Source: a bacterium (GTDB lineage: Bacteria > Eisenbacteria > RBG-16-71-46). Taken from it: a stretch of 54,916 bases of DNA. Positions 48,846 to 54,916 of the stretch are shown here, one piece after another. A program made the translations under genes and the position numbers. Positions within the stretch are counted from its first letter, which is position 1; the number at the start of each line of letters is the position of its first letter. Under the pieces are notes generated by a model. It was not told the DNA's origin. It was given only the letters and a program-made list of their open reading frames with translations, and ran no database searches. Where the stretch lies: positions 1 to 54,916 of the forward strand of contig JANMAX010000136.1 of the NCBI GenBank assembly GCA_031360075.1, written 5' to 3'.

Positions 48846-49916
48846 TCACGCCGTCACCAGTTCGACCGCGCGTGCGGGCTTGCCCTTGGCCCGCCGCACG
48901 ACTTCGCCGGCCACGACATGCCACACCCGCCGCCGGCGGAGTCCGCTCTCGTACGCCTTCGCACGGCGTGCGGGCATGCATACGAGCAGGCCGCCCGAGG
49001 TCTGCGGATCGTACAACGCGTCGACCATCAGCGGTTCCGCACCTGCCACCAGGACCCTCTCGGCATAGTAGTCGCGATTGCGCGCCAGTCCGCCGGGTGC
49101 GACGCCCGCGGCGAGCAGCTCGAGCGCATGCGGCAGGAACCAGGCGGCGTCCGGCCGCAGCCGCAGCGTCACCCCGGAGGCGTCGGCCAGCTGGGCAGCG
49201 TGCCCGAGCAGCCCGAAGCCGGTGACGTCGGTCGCGGCGCGGGCACCACAAGCGACCGCGGCCTCCGACGCCGCGCGGTTGAGCGTCGTCATGTGCGTGG
49301 TCAGCTTCTTGATCAGCGCCGCATCGAGTTTGCCCTGCTTGAGCGCGGTCGACAGGATTCCGGTGCCGATGGGCTTCGTGAGGTAAACCCGATCCCCGGC
49401 GCGAGCACCGGCGTTGCGCAGCAACTGCCTGCGCTTGGCGATGCCGGTGACGGCGTAACCGAACTTGAGTTCGGGGTCGCGCACGGAATGTCCGCCGACC
49501 ACCGAACAACCCGCCTTTTTCATGACGTCCAGCCCGCCCTGCAGCACCGCGGCGATGACCTCGGGCGCCAGTGCCTGCTCGGGCGCGCACAGCAGGGCCA
49601 GCGCGGTCAGCGGACGACCGCCCATCGCATAGATATCCGAGAGCGCGTTCGCCGCGGCGATGGCGCCGAAGTCATACGGGTCGTCGACGATGGGAGTGAA
49701 GAAGTCCACGGTCTGCACGAGGGCCTCACCCCGGCCATACGCGAACACGCCCGCGTCGTCGAGCGTGGAGGAGTCGACGAGCACGCGCTTGTCGCGCGGG
49801 GGCTGCTGCAGGAGACCAAGCGCATGTCGCAGGTCCGCCGGACCCAATTTTGCCGCTCAACCGGCAGCCGCGACCAGCGCGGTGAGCTGGATCTCGATGC
49901 GTCGGCGTTCGGTCAC
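48846..49916 (-). CDS. selD: Selenide, water dikinase SelD, Sec-containing (in-frame TGA at 49859..49857)
   Basis: The body (track ORF 48846..49847) has SelD motifs (DFFTPIVDDPYDFGAIAAANALSDIYAMGG). Reading through the TGA joins it in frame to track ORF 49857..50075, giving VTERRRIEIQLTALVAAAG-U-AAKLGPADL. This matches the E. coli GAGCGCKISPKVL pattern, with Sec at the Cys17 position and Lys20 retained. The probable start is GTG 49916. Confidence 0.85.
49832..49844 (-). promoter_or_regulatory. Candidate SECIS-like hairpin 12 nt downstream of the selD UGA
   Basis: Minus strand UGA-GCGGCAAAAUUG-GGUCC-GGC-GGACC. This is a 5-bp perfect stem, extendable by two G-U pairs. The position is appropriate for a bacterial SECIS, but it has not been compared to a covariance model. 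Confidence 0.35.
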
Positions 49917-49962
49917 CGGTGGCGTCCGTTCGGTCGGCCTGTGGGGGACATCACGGCGTCGA

Positions 49963-50382
49963 TCAGAGGTCGCGCCCCACGGCGACACACTCGATCTCGA
50001 CCCGCGCCGACTTCGGCAGCCCCGCAGCCGCGATCGTGGTGCGCGCCGGCGGTTCCGCTCCGAACGCCGCGCCATAGACTTCGTTCATCGCCGCGAAATC
50101 GGCCATGTCGGCCAGGAAGACCGTGGTCTTGACCACGTCGCCGAGGTCCAGTCCCGCCCCGCGCAACACTGCGGTCAGGTTCTGCATGACGCGCGCCGTC
50201 TGTTCCTTGATGCCGCCCGCCACCAGTTCCCCGGTCCTCGGGTCGATGGGAATCTGTCCCGAGGTGTACACCAGCTTCTGGCCCCCGTGCAGCCGCACGA
50301 CCTGGGCCTGCGAATACGGTCCGATCGCCTGAGGGGCATCCTCCACGTGCAGTGCGCTCTTCACGGCTTCCTCCCGCGTCAC
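49963..50382 (-). CDS. ridA: RidA/YjgF-family reactive-intermediate deaminase
   Basis: APQAIGPYSQA..., SGQIPIDP..., and a C-terminal ...ARVEIECVA. GTG 50382 overlaps the glmS stop (GTGA). Confidence 0.9.
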   Translation of the reverse strand: MTREEAVKSALHVEDAPQAIGPYSQAQVVRLHGGQKLVYTSGQIPIDPRTGELVAGGIKEQTARVMQNLTAVLRGAGLDLGDVVKTTVFLADMADFAAMNEVYGAAFGAEPPARTTIAAAGLPKSARVEIECVAVGRDL

Positions 50383-52211
50383 TCGACGGTGACGCTCTTG
50401 GCCAGGTTACGGGGCTGGTCGACGTCGCAACCACGCGCGACGGCGATGTCGTAGGCCAGCAGCTGCAGCGGCACCACGGACAGGATGGGCTGCAGCATGG
50501 GGATGGTCGCGGGCACGTACAGGACGTGATCGGCCTTCGACCGCACGTCGGTATCGCCCTCGGTCGCGATCGCGATGATGCGGCCCTTGCGCGCGCGCAC
50601 TTCCATCATGTTGCTCATGATCTTCTCGTAGGCCGAGTCGCGCGTGCAGATGAACACCACCGGCATGTGCTCGTCGATCAAGGCGATGGGGCCGTGCTTC
50701 ATCTCGGCGGCGGGATAACCCTCGGCGTGAATGTAGGAGATCTCCTTCAGCTTGAGCGCGCCCTCCAGCGCCACCGGGAAGTGGAAGCCGCGGCCCAGGT
50801 AGATGAAGTTGTCGTGCTTGCCGTAGAGCTCGCCGATGCGCTGGACCTCGGCGCGCCCCTGCAGCGCCTTCTCGATCTTCTCGGGCAGCGCCATGAGTTC
50901 ACGCGCGATTTCGATGCCGTAGTCGCGCGACAGCCCGCGGTGCCGGCCGAGCAGCAGCGTCAGGAGCGCCAGTACCGTGACCTGGCTCGTGAACGCCTTC
51001 GTCGAGGCGACGCCGATCTCGGGGCCCGCATGGATGTAGACGCCGCCGTCCGACTCGCGCGCGATCGTGGAGCCGACGACGTTGACGATCCCGAGCGCCT
51101 TGGCGCCGCGGCGCTTCGCTTCGCGCATCGCGGCCAGCGTGTCGATGGTCTCGCCCGACTGCGAGATGACCAGGATGAGCGTGCCTTCGTCGATGATGGG
51201 GTTGCGGTAACGGAACTCCGAGGCGTACTCGACCTCGACCGGGATGCGCGCGAACTCCTCGAGCATGTACTCGCCGATCAGCCCGGCATGCCACGACGTC
51301 CCGCAGCCGAGGATGATGATGCGGCGCACGTCGCGCAGTTGCTCGGGGGTGAGGTTCAAGCCGCCCAGTCGAGCCAGGCCCTCATCGAGCAGGAGCCGGC
51401 CACGGGTGGCATTCCGCACCGCGTCGGGCTGCTCCATGATCTCCTTGAGCATGAAGTGCTCGTAGCCGCCCTTCTCGATCTGGGACAGATCCCAGTCGAC
51501 GTCATGCACTTCCTTCTCGACCCGCTCGTGCGCGATCGTTGCGGTGTGGAACCCGTCGGGCGACAGCACGGCCATCTCGCCGTCGTCCAGGTAGATGACC
51601 TGGCGCGTGTGCTCGACGATGGCGGCGACATCGGAAGCGAGAAAATACTCGCCGTCGGCGATGCCGACGACCATCGGACTGCCGTTGCGCGCACCGACCA
51701 TGACACCCGGTTCCTGCGTGCACATGACCACGAGGCCGTACGTACCCTCGACATCGCGCAACGCCGCACCCACGGCGCGTTCCAGCTTGAGGCCGCGCTT
51801 CAGGTACTTCTCGATCAGGTGAGCGAGCACCTCGGTGTCGGTGTCGGTCGCGAACGCATGCCCTTCGCCGATCAGCGCGCTCTTCAGCGTCGCGTAATTC
51901 TCGATGATGCCGTTGTGCACGACCGCGACCTGCCGGGCCTCGTCGGTATGCGGATGCGCATTGGTGTCGTTCGGCTCACCATGCGTCGCCCAGCGCGTGT
52001 GACCCATGCCGAAGCAGCCCTTGATGGGATGCCCCTTGAGCAGCGCTTCCAGCTCACGCAGCTTGCCCGCGGCCTTCACGACCTGGAGCTGGCCATCGCC
52101 ATGCACGGCGACACCTGCCGAGTCGTAGCCGCGGTATTCCTGCCGCTTCAAGCCTTCCATGAGGATCTTGAGGCAGTCCCGGTGGCCCACGTAGCCGACG
52201 ATGCCGCACAT
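50379..52211 (-). CDS. glmS: Glutamine--fructose-6-phosphate aminotransferase
   Basis: MCGIVGYVG Ntn start (ATG 52211), two SIS domains, and C-terminal ...DQPRNLAKSVTVE. The track ORF (to 52382) is overextended. Confidence 0.95.
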   Translation of the reverse strand: MCGIVGYVGHRDCLKILMEGLKRQEYRGYDSAGVAVHGDGQLQVVKAAGKLRELEALLKGHPIKGCFGMGHTRWATHGEPNDTNAHPHTDEARQVAVVHNGIIENYATLKSALIGEGHAFATDTDTEVLAHLIEKYLKRGLKLERAVGAALRDVEGTYGLVVMCTQEPGVMVGARNGSPMVVGIADGEYFLASDVAAIVEHTRQVIYLDDGEMAVLSPDGFHTATIAHERVEKEVHDVDWDLSQIEKGGYEHFMLKEIMEQPDAVRNATRGRLLLDEGLARLGGLNLTPEQLRDVRRIIILGCGTSWHAGLIGEYMLEEFARIPVEVEYASEFRYRNPIIDEGTLILVISQSGETIDTLAAMREAKRRGAKALGIVNVVGSTIARESDGGVYIHAGPEIGVASTKAFTSQVTVLALLTLLLGRHRGLSRDYGIEIARELMALPEKIEKALQGRAEVQRIGELYGKHDNFIYLGRGFHFPVALEGALKLKEISYIHAEGYPAAEMKHGPIALIDEHMPVVFICTRDSAYEKIMSNMMEVRARKGRIIAIATEGDTDVRSKADHVLYVPATIPMLQPILSVVPLQLLAYDIAVARGCDVDQPRNLAKSVTVE

Positions 52212-52212
52212 G

Positions 52213-53583
52213 TCACGCCCCCCCGCGAGGTGCGCCGAGCGCCCGCCGCGCCTGATCCACGATCGCACGCGTGCCGGCCGCCTCGGGCGACTCGGCGATG
52301 ACGCGCACGACCGGTTCAGTCCCCGACGCCCGCACGTGAACCCACGTCTCACCACGGGCGAACCGCAAGCCGTCCGCGGCATCGAGTTGCCAGCCGTCGA
52401 ACGCCTGCTTCAGCCGCTCCGCAGCCTGCTCCCACGGCTCTTCCGGCCGGGCGAGCTTGTCCTTGATCATCACGTAGCGGGGCAGCGTGTCAGCCAGCTC
52501 GCGGAGGCCGGCGCCGTCGCGCATCGCATGCGCCACCAACGCCATCGCCACGAGCGCATCGCGCCCATGATGTGCCGCCGGCAGGATCATGCCGCCATTG
52601 CCCTCACCACCGGCGGCGGCATGGTGCGCGTGCATGGCCTCGACCACGTGCGCCTCGCCCACCGGCGTGCGGAACAGCGGCACTCCCGCTTGCTCGCACA
52701 CCGTTTCGAGCATACGACTGGTGCTGAGGTTTGTCACCACCGGGCCACGTTGCGTCACGAGCGCCACGCGGGTGCCGAGCGCCACCGTGTACTCCTCACC
52801 CAACGGCACCCCGGCCGCGTCCACGAACGCGGCCCGGTCGCTATCGGGGTCACTGGCGATCCCGAGATCGGCCCCCGCCTGGCGCACCGCCGCGCCCAGC
52901 GCACCCAGATGCTCGGGCAACGGCTCGAGCTCGCGCGTGAACCGGCCGTTCGGCTCGCAGTCGAGCTTCGTGACGCGCGCGCCCAGTTCCATGAGCAGCG
53001 CCGGCAGCGCCACGCCGCCGACACTCGCGCAACCGTCCACCACCACATGCAGCGCGCGCCTGCGGATCGCGGCCACGTCGATGTGCGGCAACCCGAGCAC
53101 ACGTTCCAGGTGCCACTCGAGCGCCTGCTTCTCCTCGCGCACCGAACCGACCTGATCCCAGGGCGCCCACAGGTCGCGGTCGGTCTCGAAGCGCTCGCGC
53201 ACCTCGCGCCCGGCGCGCGGTCCCAGGAATTCGCCAGCGCCACTCAAGAACTTGAGCGCGTTCCACGCAGCCGGGTTGTGGCTGGCGGTGAGGATGATGC
53301 CGCCCGCCGCGTGCAGGTGCTCGACTGCGAGCTGGGTCGCTGGCGTGGTCGCCAGTCCGATGTCGATGACATCACGCCCGGCGGCATTGACACCCGCGCA
53401 CGCCGCGAGCCGGACCATCGGTCCGGTGAGGCGGGCATCGCGGCCGATCACCACCGGCCCGTCGCCGGGAAGTACCCGGGCGAACGCCGCGGCGAAGCGC
53501 GCGACGATCGCGGGGTCCAGCGAGTCGCCGATGATGCCGCGCACCCCGGCCACACTGATCATGAGTGATGACGTCGACGACAT
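52213..53583 (-). CDS. glmM: Phosphoglucosamine mutase (PGM/PMM superfamily, Bacteroidota-type GlmM)
   Basis: MISVAGVRGIIG N-terminus, phosphoserine loop TASHNPAAWNALKF, and C-terminal RASGTEPVVRVIAE. ATG 53583 has GGAGGG 6 nt upstream. The stop lies 1 nt before the glmS ATG. The track ORF (to 53901) runs through two tRNA genes. Confidence 0.85.
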   Translation of the reverse strand: MSSTSSLMISVAGVRGIIGDSLDPAIVARFAAAFARVLPGDGPVVIGRDARLTGPMVRLAACAGVNAAGRDVIDIGLATTPATQLAVEHLHAAGGIILTASHNPAAWNALKFLSGAGEFLGPRAGREVRERFETDRDLWAPWDQVGSVREEKQALEWHLERVLGLPHIDVAAIRRRALHVVVDGCASVGGVALPALLMELGARVTKLDCEPNGRFTRELEPLPEHLGALGAAVRQAGADLGIASDPDSDRAAFVDAAGVPLGEEYTVALGTRVALVTQRGPVVTNLSTSRMLETVCEQAGVPLFRTPVGEAHVVEAMHAHHAAAGGEGNGGMILPAAHHGRDALVAMALVAHAMRDGAGLRELADTLPRYVMIKDKLARPEEPWEQAAERLKQAFDGWQLDAADGLRFARGETWVHVRASGTEPVVRVIAESPEAAGTRAIVDQARRALGAPRGGA

Positions 53584-53741
53584 CGGGTTCCCTCCGGGAA
53601 TCGTCCCTGGCACAGCCCGCCGGCCCGGAACCAGGACGGGCCGGCGCCCGGCGTCGAGCGCCCGGCACCGGCCCGTCGGGCCTGCTGCGCGGGTCGCGGA
53701 CACCGCGTGCGGTGCGCCGTGAAGTCCGCGATTGTGGACAA

Positions 53742-53817
53742 TGGAGCTGGTGATCGGAATCGAACCGATGACCCCGTCATTACGAGTGACGTGCTCTACC
53801 AGCTGAGCTACACCAGC
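53742..53817 (-). tRNA. tRNA-Thr (anticodon CGU), CCA encoded
   Basis: Minus strand GCUGGUGUAGCUCAGCUGGUAGAGCACGUCACUCGUAAUGACGGGGUCAUCGGUUCGAUUCCGAUCACCAGCUCCA. The anticodon loop is CUCGUAA. Confidence 0.9.
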
Positions 53818-53865
53818 TCCGAACCTTCGAGACCCAGCCCGACCGCGGCGGGCCACTGCGACGGA

Positions 53866-53941
53866 TGGTGCCACCCCCCAGAATCGAACTGGGGACACCA
53901 CGATTTTCAGTCGTGTGCTCTACCAACTGAGCTAGGGTGGC
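53866..53941 (-). tRNA. tRNA-Phe (anticodon GAA), CCA encoded
   Basis: Minus strand GCCACCCUAGCUCAGUUGGUAGAGCACACGACUGAAAAUCGUGGUGUCCCCAGUUCGAUUCUGGGGGGUGGCACCA. The anticodon loop is CUGAAAA. Confidence 0.9.
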
Positions 53942-53980
53942 GAAAGCCTGCGAGTCCGCACAGGACCCGACGGGCCGAAC

Positions 53981-54010
53981 GGTGTACCACGGCAGCGGAA
54001 TGAGCGTCAA
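53981..54010 (-). promoter_or_regulatory. Candidate promoter for tRNA-Phe/tRNA-Thr (TTGACG-N18-TACACC)
   Basis: Minus strand GGTTGACGCTCAT tccgctgccgtgg TACACC. It has the same TTGACGCTCAT 11-mer and 18-nt spacing as the tRNA(CAT) promoter candidate. The -10 is weak. Confidence 0.3.
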
Positions 54011-54073
54011 CCCGCAGCCCCGCCCCGACTTGCGTCCCAACCCAGCGCTGCGGCGGCCGGCCCGCGAACACGC

Positions 54074-54916
54074 TCATGAATCGCCGTCCCGGCGCCGCCG
54101 GTCGCGGCGCGACTGCCGCCGGTCCACGGGCTGCCGGCGGTCCTGGTTGTCGAGTACCGGCAAGGTCACCACGAAGACCGATGACCACTCGTCCTCGCTG
54201 CGCACCCGGATCTCGCCACCGTGCTCGCGCACGATCTGTTGCGCCACCCCGAGCCCGAGAGCAGCGCCCGAGGCCCCCGCCCCCCCGAACGGCGCGAACA
54301 ACTGCTCGAGCGCATCGCCGGCCTGCTGGGACCGGTCATGCACGACCTCGAGCACGACATGCGTGCCGGCACGCCGAGTCTCGACGCGAATGCGGCCGCC
54401 GAGCGGCAGTCCTTCGAGTGCGCAGGCCACGATGTTCGAGACCACGCGCCGGATGCGCGCGACGTCCAGTAGCAGCGTGGGCAGGTCGGGCGCGAACTTC
54501 TTCACCAAGCGCACGCGCCGGCGCGACAACGCCTCGGAGGAACCGCGCAGCGACTCCTGCACCACCGAGTTCATGGACTCCATCTGCAGCCGCGGCGGCT
54601 CGAGCTGCGCGTAGGCCAGTTGCTCACTCAGCACCGCCTCGACTCGTTCGGCCTCGTGCCGCACCACCTCCAGGTACTCGCGGCGCGGATCGTCGCTCGC
54701 CATCTCACGCAGTGCGCGCGCCACGAACGCCGCCACCGACGCCAGTGGCTGACGCGTATCCTCGGCGACGCGGGCCGCGAGTTCTCCCAGTGCCGCAAGA
54801 CGGTCCTGTTCGCGCAGCCGGACCGCAAGATCCGCGCGCCGGCGTTCGAGCGTGCCCAGCTCATCGAGCCGGCGGGCGTGCTCGCACACCAGCGCCGCCT
54901 GATCGGCGAGCGCGGC
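54074..54916 (-). CDS. Histidine-kinase-like protein (DHp plus HATPase_c) with degenerate H-box (partial; N-terminus off the right edge)
   Basis: DHp-like LAALGELAARVAEDTRQPLASV, where AHE(I/L)RNPL is expected. The HATPase-like region has RRVVSNIVACALEG, VVHDRSQQAGDALEQLFAPF and GAALGLGVAQQIVREHGG. The reading frame stays open upstream of the track start (..AALADQAALV before CEHARRL). Confidence 0.7.
   Translation of the reverse strand, partial: AALADQAALVCEHARRLDELGTLERRRADLAVRLREQDRLAALGELAARVAEDTRQPLASVAAFVARALREMASDDPRREYLEVVRHEAERVEAVLSEQLAYAQLEPPRLQMESMNSVVQESLRGSSEALSRRRVRLVKKFAPDLPTLLLDVARIRRVVSNIVACALEGLPLGGRIRVETRRAGTHVVLEVVHDRSQQAGDALEQLFAPFGGAGASGAALGLGVAQQIVREHGGEIRVRSEDEWSSVFVVTLPVLDNQDRRQPVDRRQSRRDRRRRDGDS

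Noticed and set aside
49857-50075. A 72-aa ORF upstream of selD as an independent small gene.
   Set aside because: Only its last 20 or so codons are meaningful. They are the SelD N-terminus, joined in frame to the main ORF through a Sec-encoding TGA. The rest (MARRSERNRRRAPRSRLRG...) overlaps the ridA 3' end and looks non-coding.
52205-52260. A possible glmS ribozyme or leader upstream of glmS.
   Set aside because: The glmS ATG (52211) is 1 nt after the glmM stop, so there is no 5' UTR to hold a ribozyme.
52213-53901. 5'-overextended minus-strand ORFs in the track. This one is glmM; others are 48115..49590, 44384..46105, 41859..42902, 42557..43891, 34796..37222, 20351..21436, 14151..15365, 10041..11807 and 11132..12439.
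   Set aside because: The extensions run through tRNA genes (Thr, Phe, Sec) or through the upstream gene in a different frame, and they lack any family signature. Starts were re-called at the conserved N-terminus, usually supported by an SD or a 4-nt stop/start overlap.

Overview
This is a very GC-rich bacterial chromosomal window. Every feature I can support lies on the minus strand: about 46 CDS, 6 tRNAs and RNase P RNA. The long plus-strand ORFs in the track are antisense artefacts of GC-rich codon third positions. The content is a concatenation of ancient housekeeping operons. In transcription order (right to left) these are: a degenerate histidine-kinase-like gene (partial); tRNA-Phe and tRNA-Thr; glmM-glmS-ridA; selD with tRNA-Sec; DUF5683-lepA-lepB-hemW-lepB; hrcA-grpE-dnaJ-rsmE; rpsU-cvpA-mutS2-dnaG-rpoD; an SGNH-like gene with an MBOAT gene; tRNA-Met/Ile2(CAT) and tRNA-Val; COG1579 zinc-ribbon, patatin, RNase H-like, rnpB and a TPR membrane protein; recJ-relA-dtd-maf; rplM-rpsI; rpsB-tsf-pyrH-frr-uppS-cdsA-dxr, four glycosyltransferases, rseP, an Omp85 protein and tamB; and a partial HExxH peptidase/TolB-like gene. 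I see no mobile elements, CRISPR arrays, toxin-antitoxin pairs or recognisable defence islands, and no convincing wholly new multi-gene system. The signals the ORF track does not explain are listed here. (1) selD is a selenoprotein with an in-frame TGA at the catalytic Cys-equivalent position, and it sits next to a tRNA-Sec gene. (2) A type-A RNase P RNA is wedged with no spacer between two CDSs. (3) A patatin-like lipase has its catalytic halves separated by a four-helix membrane insertion and is translationally coupled to a COG1579 zinc-ribbon protein. (4) Two lepB paralogs bracket hemW. (5) The histidine-kinase-like protein lacks the phospho-acceptor His. (6) An AGTGCTTGACGCTC-type -35 motif recurs upstream of several operons. 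Many track ORFs are 5'-overextended, so I re-called starts from N-terminal motifs, SD sequences and ATGA/GTGA/TTGA stop-start overlaps. The track also writes GTG and TTG starts as M. Taxon cannot be fixed from this window. A Bacteroidota-type GlmM and a DUF5683 protein hint at an FCB-group or Gemmatimonadota-like diderm.
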